From assembly GCA_035941655.1 (NCBI GenBank), contig DASZDU010000161.1:2478-66477 (forward strand): a DNA stretch of 64,000 bases, given 5' to 3'. The translations under genes and the position numbers were made by a program. Below, piece by piece: positions 1 to 9,317 of this stretch. Source of the DNA: Pyrinomonadaceae bacterium (GTDB lineage Bacteria > Acidobacteriota > Blastocatellia > Pyrinomonadales > Pyrinomonadaceae). The first letter of the stretch is position 1, and each line of letters opens with the position of its first letter. The notes beneath the pieces were generated by a model. That model made no database searches, had not been told where the DNA came from, and saw only the letters and a program-made list of their open reading frames with translations.

Positions 1-698
1 GTATCGCCGTGATCGATGAAACCCAGCCACAGCTTGTAGGCATCAATCTCCGCGCGTGGCGCCCCGGATTCGAGTAACTTCGCCAGCGAACCGGCAAGTG
101 GCGCAGAATCTTTGTTGGAACACTTCACATCTATGCCACTGCCCAACGCCAGCTCGATTCCCGCCGCAGGTTGAAACGGGGTGAAGCTCGCCCCCTGAAA
201 TGGCTTGTTCAGGCTCTTCTCGCAGTCGGGGCAAGTAACATCCGCGACCCACTCGTCGTCGGCAAAGAACCCCAACGCCTTCGAGAATCGTGAAGAGAGA
301 AACTCGCCATAGATCTCACCGTTTCTTTTGTCCGGAGACTGTCCCTTGAAGTGTGGTTTAACCTTGTAACGAACAGGCTCACCATTTTCATCTAACACAC
401 CGGCTACAGAACAGTAGAACTTGGGAGTGGTTCCGGTGCCTTCGTTTACTTTTTTATTGGCGACGCAGCTAATTGCCGCTGCGCGTCCGGCGGCATCAAC
501 AACGGGCGCGCCCGTGCGAGGGCCCTTCGCGCGGCTGTGACCGAGAACGGGATCGTAGTCCGGATCAGGTGTCTGAAAAACTTTGGCGGTTCGCTCTGCT
601 TCCGCGCGAGCCTCAGCTGTGAAACAGTTTTTTTGCGCAAAAGTTGGCAGGCTAATAAACAGTAACAACGAAATGACGGCAAACGGTTTACTGGACAT
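1..698 (-). CDS. hypothetical secreted protein, N-terminal part only (C-terminus lies beyond the window edge)
   Basis: Missing from the ORF track because it has no stop codon in the window. Hand translation from the ATG at 698..696 gives MSSKPFAVISLLLFISLPTFAQKNCF... (signal-peptide-like) and stays open for 232 codons down to position 1. The listed minus ORFs 43..252, 209..391 and 446..682 are in the other two frames. Confidence 0.6.
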   Translation of the reverse strand, partial: MSSKPFAVISLLLFISLPTFAQKNCFTAEARAEAERTAKVFQTPDPDYDPVLGHSRAKGPRTGAPVVDAAGRAAAISCVANKKVNEGTGTTPKFYCSVAGVLDENGEPVRYKVKPHFKGQSPDKRNGEIYGEFLSSRFSKALGFFADDEWVADVTCPDCEKSLNKPFQGASFTPFQPAAGIELALGSGIDVKCSNKDSAPLAGSLAKLLESGAPRAEIDAYKLWLGFIDHGD

Positions 699-835
699 TG
701 AATGACCTTCCCTCATGGCACGGATTATCGGCTCAAAACACATTGAGACGCCGGGTAATAGTTTTTAGCAAGGGGTGATTGGAATCTTAAGCCGACCGCA
801 CTCATTTGTCGACCCATTGATCGGTTGATCACGAT

Positions 836-930
836 CTAGTTCGTGCTGCTTCGTTCGGTTTCCTGTTGTTTGGTGGTCCTTTTTTCTTAGCAGCAAAACC
901 GACTACGAAACTAGACGAAGCAGCTACGAA
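836..930. repeat. long imperfect inverted repeat downstream of ppk1 (probable terminator or REP-like hairpin)
   Basis: gctgcttcgt (845..854) pairs with acgaagcagc (915..924). ggttt (857..861) pairs with aaacc (896..900). A T-run lies at 881..886 in the loop. Confidence 0.5.
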
Positions 931-956
931 AATCACACAGAATGGATCGCGACCAA

Positions 957-3170
957 TTAGTTTGACGACGTCAAACTAACGCTGCCTTCAAAATGAAGTT
1001 GACTGTTAAAAGGCGCCTCTCCCGGCGCCCTCGGCACCCGTTCATAAATGCCGTTCGAGTTTAAAATTCGCGCTTTAACGTTGTCTTTCAGGTAGGTGCC
1101 GAGTACGACCTCTTTCAGATAGCGTTTTAAGTTGGCATCAAGGATCGGAGTCACGACTTCCACTCGCCGGTCGAGGTTGCGCGTCATCCAATCCGCGGAG
1201 CCGATATACACGTCTTCATCTCCGCCGTTTCGAAAATAAAAGACCCTGCTGTGTTCCAGAAACTGTCCCACAATGCTTCTGACGTGAACCGTCTCAGAAA
1301 GTCCAGGCACACCGGGACGCAGCATGCATGAGCCGCGAACGATGAGGTCAATTTTCACTCCCGCCCGCGACGCGCGGTAGAGCGCATCAATGATTTCCAA
1401 ATCTGTGAGGCGATTTATTTTCGCGGCAATGCGCGCCTCGCGGCCCGCCTGTGCGTGACCAATCTCACGCTCAATCAATGCCAGCATACGTTCGCGCAGA
1501 TTTACGGGAGCAACCATCAGATGCGTATATTCGCGCGGCCGCGAAAACCCGGTCATGAAGTTGAATAAGTCCGTAGCATCGTCGCCTACCTCCGCATTCG
1601 CGGTTAACAATCCGAAGTCGGTGTAGACTTTGGAAGTCGTCGGGTTATAGTTGCCGGTCGCAATGTGAACATAAGTCTGTAGCCCTTGATCCTCCTCGCG
1701 AATTACCAACGCCACCTTGCTGTGCGTTTTTAGTTTCACCAGACCATAGACCACGTGCACTCCGGCTTCTACCAACCGATTGGCCCACTCTATATTGTTC
1801 TCTTCATCAAAGCGGGCCTTGATCTCAACTACGGCCGTAACCTGTTTGCCCTGGGCGCTGGCTTCAATCAACGCCTCCGGTATCGGAGAATTCTTGCCGG
1901 TGCGATAGAGACAGATCTTAATCGCCAATACTTTCGGATCATTAGCCGCGGCTTGTATGAATTCAGTGACGGTCGTATAGGCGGAGTAAGGATGGTGAAG
2001 CAGGATGTCCTGTTGCTTAATAGCATCGAAGAAGTGCCGCTTCTTACTCAGTGGAGCGGGAACCGTCATCCGAATCGGCTTGTCGCGCAGTTCCGGTTTG
2101 TCCAGGTTATAGAGCTGCATCAAGTCGCCCACGCCGAGGATCCCTCCGGTCACGTAAACATCGTCAGGTTCGATCTCGAGCGCCTTAGCCAAATACCAAA
2201 CCATCTGATCCGGCATTGTCGATGAGACTTCCAGACGCACGGCGTTGCCAAAGCGGCGCTCGCGCAGCGATTCCTTTATTCGCCCGAGCAAATCCGATGC
2301 TTTGTCGTCCCTGATCTCGACATCGGCGTCGCGCGTGACTCGAAACAGATGACTCCTGCTTAGCCGCATGCTCGGGAACAGCGAATGTAAATTGGCGTCG
2401 ATCAACTCCTCGAGCAGGATAAACCGTCGTCGCTCATCGTCGTTGCCGTCAGTGTCGCCGACTGGGACCAGGCGCGGCACCACGGGCGGCACTTTAATCC
2501 GCACAAAACGAGGGAGACTTCCTATCGTCACTGGCTCGTCGGAATTTGAGTCGACCTCGACGGTCAGCGCGATATTCAGACTCTGATTGGCTATGAACGG
2601 AAACGGGTGCGCAGGATCGACAGCCAACGGAGTCAACACGCGAAAAATATTCTTCATGAAATACTGGTTGAGAGTTTTCTTTTCGCCAGGCGATAGCGAA
2701 TCGTATCCAACTATCTCGACGCCATTTTTTGCGAGCTCCGGCAAGACGGAATCATGAAGAATCTTCACTTGCTCTTTAACCATTGGCAGTACGCGCTTGC
2801 GAATGACTTTGAGCTGTTCTGGCGGGCTTAACTCCCCGGGCATGGGCTGAATGTCCTTAATCTCGAGCATCTCTTTCAGTCCCGACACTCTCACCATAAA
2901 AAACTCGTCGAGATTACTAACGAAGACAGCGAGGAATTTTAAGCGCTCGAGCGCGGGCACCGATTCGTCTGCAGCTTCCTCGAGTACGCGTTTAAAAAAC
3001 TCGAGCTGGCTTAGATCACGATTGAAGACCGACCACGCCAGAAAGTGTTCCTCTTTGGCAGTCCTGGCTTTTGGCCTGGTGGCAACGCCCGGCGACAGTT
3101 CACCGTAGTCCGAGACGTCGGCTATGGCAGGGGCCACTTGATCGGGCGCAGTTTGCTTTGGATCGTCCAT
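957..3170 (-). CDS. ppk1: polyphosphate kinase 1
   Basis: PPK1 hallmarks: FNRDLSQLEFFKRVLEEA, two PLD-like C-terminal domains (RFDEENNIEWA, YIGSADWMTRNLDRRVE). The ATG at 3170 (MDDPKQ) is preferred over the TTG at 3200. Confidence 0.95.
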   Translation of the reverse strand: MDDPKQTAPDQVAPAIADVSDYGELSPGVATRPKARTAKEEHFLAWSVFNRDLSQLEFFKRVLEEAADESVPALERLKFLAVFVSNLDEFFMVRVSGLKEMLEIKDIQPMPGELSPPEQLKVIRKRVLPMVKEQVKILHDSVLPELAKNGVEIVGYDSLSPGEKKTLNQYFMKNIFRVLTPLAVDPAHPFPFIANQSLNIALTVEVDSNSDEPVTIGSLPRFVRIKVPPVVPRLVPVGDTDGNDDERRRFILLEELIDANLHSLFPSMRLSRSHLFRVTRDADVEIRDDKASDLLGRIKESLRERRFGNAVRLEVSSTMPDQMVWYLAKALEIEPDDVYVTGGILGVGDLMQLYNLDKPELRDKPIRMTVPAPLSKKRHFFDAIKQQDILLHHPYSAYTTVTEFIQAAANDPKVLAIKICLYRTGKNSPIPEALIEASAQGKQVTAVVEIKARFDEENNIEWANRLVEAGVHVVYGLVKLKTHSKVALVIREEDQGLQTYVHIATGNYNPTTSKVYTDFGLLTANAEVGDDATDLFNFMTGFSRPREYTHLMVAPVNLRERMLALIEREIGHAQAGREARIAAKINRLTDLEIIDALYRASRAGVKIDLIVRGSCMLRPGVPGLSETVHVRSIVGQFLEHSRVFYFRNGGDEDVYIGSADWMTRNLDRRVEVVTPILDANLKRYLKEVVLGTYLKDNVKARILNSNGIYERVPRAPGEAPFNSQLHFEGSVSLTSSN

Positions 3171-3319
3171 AACGCTGTTTGCGAGTGTAATGTAACGCAA
3201 ACTGTTAGTTTGCGATCTGGTTGGTAAGCTGTCTGCCGGCTCAGCGCAAACTGACGGTCTGCTTACTTCACATTCTAACGCGCAATTCGCTCATCGAAAG
3301 TCTCAACTAACCAAATTCT

Positions 3320-3967
3320 TTAAGACGGATCATAAGTGCGCCGCGCCCGGACCGTTTTGAATTCCCCGGTTTCGATGATGTACGCAGTAAGTTTATTACC
3401 ATAAACGCAGCCGGTGTCGAGACCGATGGCTTTTCTCCCGCGGCGCGGCTCCGGCGCCGGCCAATGGCCAAACAGCACCACCTTTTCTCCGTCGTATTCC
3501 TGATACCAGGGCGTACCATCGCGGGCAGCGCGATCCTTGCCTAAACTGCGTAACTCCGTCAGGTCATCGGTAGTTTGAGAGTGCAATGCCACGCCGGGGC
3601 GGATACCTGCATGCACCACCAGATGCGTTTGTAAATCAATCACGAAAGGAAGCGAGTTGAGGTAGGGAAGGTATTGATCCTTGTCCTTCTTCAACTCCTT
3701 GTGCGTGGGCTTCTGCGACTCCTTCAATTTGAACTTCTCGCCATTCCAACGCCGACGCAACGCCAAATCGTGATTGCCGATGACCGCCGAAAACTGCGCG
3801 TCAGTCATGAATCGCTCGAGCACTTGCCTGTTCTTTGGTCCCTTGGTAATCAGGTCACCAACCGAGACAAGGCGATCGTCGTCGCCAAAACTAACCTCCG
3901 TCAGCAGGTCTTGCAATTCGTCGTAGCAGCCATGAATGTCTCCAACGACGATCGTTCGCGATGCCAT
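3320..3967 (-). CDS. metallophosphoesterase (PPP-family / ApaH-PrpE-like phosphatase)
   Basis: Motifs VVGDIHGC, GDLITKGP, GNHD and VVHAG. The start is set at MASRTIVVGDIHG (ATG 3967). The upstream extension to 4096 runs into a repeat region. Confidence 0.85.
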   Translation of the reverse strand: MASRTIVVGDIHGCYDELQDLLTEVSFGDDDRLVSVGDLITKGPKNRQVLERFMTDAQFSAVIGNHDLALRRRWNGEKFKLKESQKPTHKELKKDKDQYLPYLNSLPFVIDLQTHLVVHAGIRPGVALHSQTTDDLTELRSLGKDRAARDGTPWYQEYDGEKVVLFGHWPAPEPRRGRKAIGLDTGCVYGNKLTAYIIETGEFKTVRARRTYDPS

Positions 3968-4172
3968 TTTCTTTTCGACCTTCTCCTGATGATTGCGTGT
4001 CCTCAACAGTAGGCCGGAAGCTTCGGGAGCGTCAAGGAAGCAACACATTGCTGGGAACGCAGACATTTTGCTGGGATCGCAGGTGTCCCCCCGCATGGAG
4101 TGCGAAAGCGCGATAGATTTTTAACTTTGGGGTCCGTACCGACTTTAGCCCGCAAGAACTTGTGTAAAGCTG

Positions 4173-4240
4173 GGAGCGCAGGCATCTTGCCTGCCTCAAC
4201 GTTCGTGGCCACCGAGCAGCAGGCAAGATGCCTGCGCTCC
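4173..4240. repeat. REP-like palindrome with perfect 22-bp arms
   Basis: ggagcgcaggcatcttgcctgc (4173..4194) is the exact reverse complement of gcaggcaagatgcctgcgctcc (4219..4240). A degenerate related word, ctgggaacgcagacattttgctggg, lies at 4050..4075. Confidence 0.8.
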
Positions 4241-4286
4241 GAGCCTCAGGAATTTTTGGCTTAACAAAACCGGTTGCGCTGCGCTC

Positions 4287-5504
4287 TCAGTGCGGGCGGG
4301 AGGCCGGCGGTCCCAGGTACCAACGGTAATTTCGCAGCGCGAACAACGCAAAGCAGGCAGTGATTAGTAGTAGAGAGAAGAGCAGCCGCTTACCGACTTT
4401 CCATTCTCTCCAACTACGGCCTTCAGGTTGATTAGCCGACTCAGCTGCATTCAACGCGCGCGCGTTGAGGCTCGCTCTTGAACTCTCCAGGATAGTCTTC
4501 AAACTGTCTACGGCTTTTCCTTCCACAATCCCACGCTTGATTTTGCCGAACGCGCCTTGCAGACCGTCAGCGCGGGAGCGGTTTTCATAAACCAGATACG
4601 CTGTCGAGCCTCCACCAGGGAAATTGACGAATGCCGTCAGCGCGAGTGACGAGTCAAAGTAATGGTTAGCGTAAATCTGCTTTGCGGCGATTAAGATTTG
4701 CGGGCCACTTCCCCGCTCACGTTTGTATATTCTGATGTGGTTGAAAGCTATGACCGGTTTGAGACCAAACTTAATCTTTGACCAAACAATCGCATTCTCC
4801 ACCAGCAACATTTCCGGTTGCGCAAAACGCTTCAGGTGCGGCCGCAGATCAGGAAGTTCATTGCCAATGTAATTTGAGCCGGCCATCAGGGCCCGCTGCT
4901 CATCAGCGAGGCGGATGGCCGTCGACTTATCATTGTATTCAATGAGGGCTGCATCTCCGCGCGCCAGATAATCACTGACGTAATCGCTGAGCATTCGTTT
5001 GAGAAGTTGAGTTGCTTGAATGCGGTAGTCAGGCGCTTGCCAATTTACTTCTGCCTGAAGCCGCTCGATCATCAGGCGCGACAGCTTCAGCTTGCAATCT
5101 CCGACGACGCATCGTTTCAGGTCTTCGATATCACGTTCTTCAAAGGAGAGTGTTTGTAAGTCGGCGAGCGTGGGCGTTTCGCTGAACCTGCCAATCTCAA
5201 GGATGGCCGGGTCGCTCTTTTTGGTCATGCTTTCCCGAAAAGACTGCAGAAAAATATCCGCAGTCACTCCCAGGCTGACCAATCCGCAGACCGCCACTTC
5301 TCGCTTGTCAGTTGCGGGCAGGAGTCGGACAACGGTCTGGCCCTGACGCAGTGCAGCGAAATCGGTCTCGTTAAAGGTCGCGTTCGCGACGAGGATTTTG
5401 TGGAACTCTGAAACGGAGTTTTGACCCGGGGCGGCATTTGGAACAAAGCAGATTAGCGCGCAAAAGGAAATAATCCTTAGCAAACAATTAATCTGTCTTA
5501 GCAT
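4287..5504 (-). CDS. hypothetical exported protein with a C-terminal membrane anchor
   Basis: 405-aa ORF with an N-terminal signal-like segment (LLRIISFCALICFVPNAAPG) and a C-terminal hydrophobic segment (LLFSLLLITACFALFAL). No family recognised. Confidence 0.7.
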   Translation of the reverse strand: MLRQINCLLRIISFCALICFVPNAAPGQNSVSEFHKILVANATFNETDFAALRQGQTVVRLLPATDKREVAVCGLVSLGVTADIFLQSFRESMTKKSDPAILEIGRFSETPTLADLQTLSFEERDIEDLKRCVVGDCKLKLSRLMIERLQAEVNWQAPDYRIQATQLLKRMLSDYVSDYLARGDAALIEYNDKSTAIRLADEQRALMAGSNYIGNELPDLRPHLKRFAQPEMLLVENAIVWSKIKFGLKPVIAFNHIRIYKRERGSGPQILIAAKQIYANHYFDSSLALTAFVNFPGGGSTAYLVYENRSRADGLQGAFGKIKRGIVEGKAVDSLKTILESSRASLNARALNAAESANQPEGRSWREWKVGKRLLFSLLLITACFALFALRNYRWYLGPPASRPH

Positions 5505-5748
5505 GTACCCGATCCTTGTATGCCTGAACAGTCAGTCTTTTGCGATTATCGAGGGGGAATTTAAGCGCAGCTTTTTCAGCTAGCTCTGACTTCTTTCATT
5601 ACACAAGCGGGAGGCGAAACTCCCTGTCGCATGCGCTGTGCCATGCGCATGCAACCCGAATGGATTGAGAACGACAGGGGGAGACTTGACCACTCCTATT
5701 TCTGCGAACCGGCAAGCATCATTGTCCCATACAGAACGGAGTCTTTTA

Positions 5749-5777
5749 TTGCTTCATAATCCTTTTAATATTATAGT
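5749..5777 (+). promoter_or_regulatory. candidate sigma70-type promoter upstream of the TonB-dependent receptor
   Basis: TTGCTT (5749..5754), 17-nt spacer, TATAGT (5772..5777). This would give a leader of about 250 nt before the ATG at 6036. Confidence 0.3.
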
Positions 5778-6035
5778 CGCCAGCATCATTAGGTGGTCAT
5801 CGCGCGATTGCCTCGCTCCTTATCGACTTTCCTTGCCCTTGAAAGTAAGGGATGAGGACGAGTTCTCTGAAGGTTAAAGACTTAATCGAAATCAAGCGCA
5901 GCAGCTTCACCAAACCTGGAACTGGAACCTCGCGATGTGAAGGGTGTAGTTCTACTTGACGCTCACAAAACTTGCGCCAGCACACCCACAATAGGCAACT
6001 GTCACGACATCGCACTTTTTCTAAAAAGGAGTCGT

Positions 6036-9000
6036 ATGAGAACGATTGTGATTGGCTTCTTGTTAATCTTTGTCGTTGTCGTTCCGGCGCGCGGACAAGT
6101 GGCCTCAGCCAGCTTGCTCGGCGAGGTCAGAGACCAACTCGCGGCTCAGATACCCGGAGTCAAGGTGACGGCACGTCATGAGGCGATGGGCTTTTCCCGA
6201 AGCGTGCTCACCGGCAATGAAGGCAGTTATCGGCTTGACGACCTCTTGCCAGGGCGCTACGTCGTCTCGGCTGAGAAGCAGGGTTTTCGCACCTTGACGG
6301 TTGAGGCGATTGTGCTGGAGGTAAACCAGAAAGGAAAGCTCGACCTTGAGTTGCAAGTGGGAGAACCGCAAGAAACTGTGACCATCACGGCGGATGTGTC
6401 CCTCGTGCAAACTCATGACGCGACGGTCGGGTATCGGCTGGACACCAGGACGATTGGCGCTTTACCGCTCGATGGTCGCAATATCATCTCGCTCGTCACC
6501 CTTGGACCCGGAGCAATCCCCAGACAACTTGGCGGGTTCGGCCATGACATCATTAATGATGTGCAGGAAAATCGTGGCTCGGTGGCGATGAATCCTACGA
6601 TCAATGGCGCGCGCTCGACAATGAACACTTTTCTGCTCGACGGAGGGATGAACACCGACCTCAACACGCGCGCCATTGCCGTCAATCCGCCGATCGAATC
6701 GGTGCAGGAGTTTCGTATTCTGTCATCTTTACCCTCGGCGGAATTTGCGCAGTCAGGCGGGGGTGTTGCCGATGTGGTAACAAAGTCCGGAGGGCAAGTA
6801 TTTCATGGCAATCTTTTTGAATTTTTTCGACATGATTCGCTGGACGCGCTAAGTCTCTTTGCGGATCCGAACTTGCCGCGACCTGTCTTTCGGCAAAGCC
6901 AGTTCGGGGGATCTTTGGGTGGCCGATTGCCGGCTTCTTCAACTTTCTTCTTCGCCACCTACGAAGGCTTGCGTGGGAAGGCAGCCAGGACCTCCCAGAG
7001 TCTCGTCCCAGACGCGGCCTTGCGCAGCGGAGATTTTCGCGGCCGCAACACGATTTATGATCCCTTCAACGTAGACCCGGTAACGGGCGCAAGGCAGCCA
7101 TTTGCAAACAACATAATTCCGGCTGGCCGGATTGATCCTATAGCGCGAAAGTTTCTGGACACATATCAGCCGCTGCCCAATCGCCCCCTCAGCGGCGCGG
7201 TAAACTATCTCGATTCCACGCCGAACAAGAACACCAGAGATAGTCTCTCAGCGCGTCTTGATCATGAGTTTCGCGATCACGGTCGAGTGTTCGGTCGCTT
7301 CACGCTCAATGATGATCGCAACCGACTGGCGACTGCGTTTCCGGAACGGCCTACACAAGAGAGAGTACGTGCGCAACAGGCAGTAATCGGACACAGCACC
7401 AGCGGCCAGTCATGGCTCAATGAAGCCCGACTCTCTTTCACTCGACTGAAGGTTCTTGAGTTACCTGAGAGCGCCTTTCAAAGTGATGCGACGAGGGACC
7501 TCGGCATCACAAGTTTTCCCAGTGACCCCTTCAACTTCGGGTTGCCTTTCTTTCTCGTGAGTAACTTCAACCTGGTGCTGGATACGCCTAACCGGCCCCA
7601 GACACAGCGAGATAATCTGTGGAATCTGTCGGAAGGAATCACCTTCAACAAGGGCGCGCATACCCTGAAAACGGGCTTGCAGTTGATCTACTTCCAGCTA
7701 AATTATTTACAGAGCCAGCTTTCGCGTGGCCGCTATACCTTCACTGGAGCCTTCACCAGCAATCCCCAATCCCCTTCTCCTTCGGGTGATCCATTCGCAG
7801 ACTTCCTGCTCGGGTTCCCGCAGAGCACCGACCGCAGCGTCGGTCAGGCGCAGGCGTATTTGCGGCAAACCAATTATGCCGGTTACCTACACGACGACTG
7901 GCAAGTGAACGGCCGGCTAAACCTTAGTTTCGGTGTCCGCTATGAATACTTCTCTCCTTACCATGAGACGCGTAACAATCTGCTGAACCTGGATTACTCG
8001 ACCATCCCGGCCCCCCCGCAATTGGTTCGATCCAGTGAAGCAACTGAGCCGGACCGAAATAACTTCGCACCCCGCGTCGGTCTGGCCTGGCGGCCGCCGC
8101 TCTCCTTCCTGGAGCGTCGGAATACAGTGCTGCGTGCCGGATACGGAATCTATTACACCCCCGAGATCGCCACCGAAGTCTATGATCTGGTCCGCAACGG
8201 GATCATAAACGAGACGAACCAAACCGCTGGTGACGGCACTCCTCTGCTCACCTTGAGCAACGGCTTCCCGCAAACGGCGAGCACTGGTCTACGCAGCTAC
8301 TTCGGACTCGACCCGCGAGCGCGAACTCCTTACATGCAACACTGGAGTTTGGGCCTTCAACAAGAGCTTCCGACTAAGATTCTGCTGGACGTTGCTTATG
8401 TCGGTTCAAAAGGAACCAAGCTGGGCAAATCGCGGATTTTTAATACGCCCGCACACATCGAGACTGGCGAGAACTTGCCTCCGCGTCCAGGCGACCTTCA
8501 GTCGTTGCGCACGTGGCCCCAGCTCGGCAGGCTCATCCAAAGACAGCATATCTCCAACTCCTCTTTTCATTCGATGCAGATCAAGGCCGAGCGACGCTTT
8601 TCCGGTGACCTGGCGTTTCTGGCAAGCTTCGTTTGGGCCAAGTCAATTGATAACGGCGATACTGTGTTGAATGGACTCTTTGACAGTGTGACCGCGCAGG
8701 ATGAGAGGAATTTGCAACTGGAGCGCGGCCTTTCCTTCTTCGACGTGCGTAGGCGCTTGAGTGTCGGGTTTATTTACAATCTGCCGAAGCCGAATTTTCT
8801 GCGACCCCTGTTGGCCCACTGGCAGGCCAGCGGTATCCTGACGATGCAGGATGGCACACCGCTCAACCCCGTTTATTTTTTCTCCGACTTCGCCAACAGC
8901 GGCACACCAAACCGGCCCGATGTGGTGGCGGGACAGAGCATCTCGTTGCCGCGCAACCAACGTTCAGCAGACCATTGGTTCAACACCGCAGCTTTCCAGT

Positions 9001-9263
9001 CACCAGCACCGTTCAGCTTCGGCAACGCGGGACGCAACATTATCCCAGGACCTGGGAACCTCCTGTTCGATTTCGCTCTACATCGACGGTTTGAGATTCG
9101 TGAGGGGCAAGCTATTGAGTTTCGGGCGGAGTCTTTCAATCTCTTCAATCATCCCAACTATGGTATTCCGCTTCCCTTCGCCGACTTTGGCCCATTCTTC
9201 GGAAAAGTCGTGGCAGTTGGAGAGCCGCGCCGGATTCAATTTGCTTTGAGATTTGACTTTTAG
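6036..9263 (+). CDS. TonB-dependent receptor with an N-terminal carboxypeptidase-regulatory-like domain
   Basis: RBS aaagga before ATG 6036. Signal peptide MRTIVIGFLLIFVVVVPARGQ. CarboxypepD_reg-like segment (GSYRLDDLLPGRYVVSAEKQGF), a long beta-barrel and a terminal aromatic residue (..ALRFDF). Confidence 0.9.
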   Translation: MRTIVIGFLLIFVVVVPARGQVASASLLGEVRDQLAAQIPGVKVTARHEAMGFSRSVLTGNEGSYRLDDLLPGRYVVSAEKQGFRTLTVEAIVLEVNQKGKLDLELQVGEPQETVTITADVSLVQTHDATVGYRLDTRTIGALPLDGRNIISLVTLGPGAIPRQLGGFGHDIINDVQENRGSVAMNPTINGARSTMNTFLLDGGMNTDLNTRAIAVNPPIESVQEFRILSSLPSAEFAQSGGGVADVVTKSGGQVFHGNLFEFFRHDSLDALSLFADPNLPRPVFRQSQFGGSLGGRLPASSTFFFATYEGLRGKAARTSQSLVPDAALRSGDFRGRNTIYDPFNVDPVTGARQPFANNIIPAGRIDPIARKFLDTYQPLPNRPLSGAVNYLDSTPNKNTRDSLSARLDHEFRDHGRVFGRFTLNDDRNRLATAFPERPTQERVRAQQAVIGHSTSGQSWLNEARLSFTRLKVLELPESAFQSDATRDLGITSFPSDPFNFGLPFFLVSNFNLVLDTPNRPQTQRDNLWNLSEGITFNKGAHTLKTGLQLIYFQLNYLQSQLSRGRYTFTGAFTSNPQSPSPSGDPFADFLLGFPQSTDRSVGQAQAYLRQTNYAGYLHDDWQVNGRLNLSFGVRYEYFSPYHETRNNLLNLDYSTIPAPPQLVRSSEATEPDRNNFAPRVGLAWRPPLSFLERRNTVLRAGYGIYYTPEIATEVYDLVRNGIINETNQTAGDGTPLLTLSNGFPQTASTGLRSYFGLDPRARTPYMQHWSLGLQQELPTKILLDVAYVGSKGTKLGKSRIFNTPAHIETGENLPPRPGDLQSLRTWPQLGRLIQRQHISNSSFHSMQIKAERRFSGDLAFLASFVWAKSIDNGDTVLNGLFDSVTAQDERNLQLERGLSFFDVRRRLSVGFIYNLPKPNFLRPLLAHWQASGILTMQDGTPLNPVYFFSDFANSGTPNRPDVVAGQSISLPRNQRSADHWFNTAAFQSPAPFSFGNAGRNIIPGPGNLLFDFALHRRFEIREGQAIEFRAESFNLFNHPNYGIPLPFADFGPFFGKVVAVGEPRRIQFALRFDF

Positions 9264-9317
9264 CAGGCCGCGGCCGGTGGAGAAGCAGAACAGACCGGAA
9301 ACAGGACGGGCGCAGCG

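Noticed and set aside
43-682. Three minus-strand track ORFs (43..252, 209..391, 446..682)
   Set aside because: They are in the two frames other than the long open frame that starts at ATG 698 and runs off the window edge. Their translations are Arg/Cys/Pro-rich and not protein-like, whereas the third frame gives a signal peptide and a plausible protein.
5505-6035. Cobalamin or other known riboswitch upstream of the TonB-dependent receptor
   Set aside because: I could not find a B12 box or the conserved cores of the riboswitch classes I can recognise by eye. Only a generic long-leader observation is kept.
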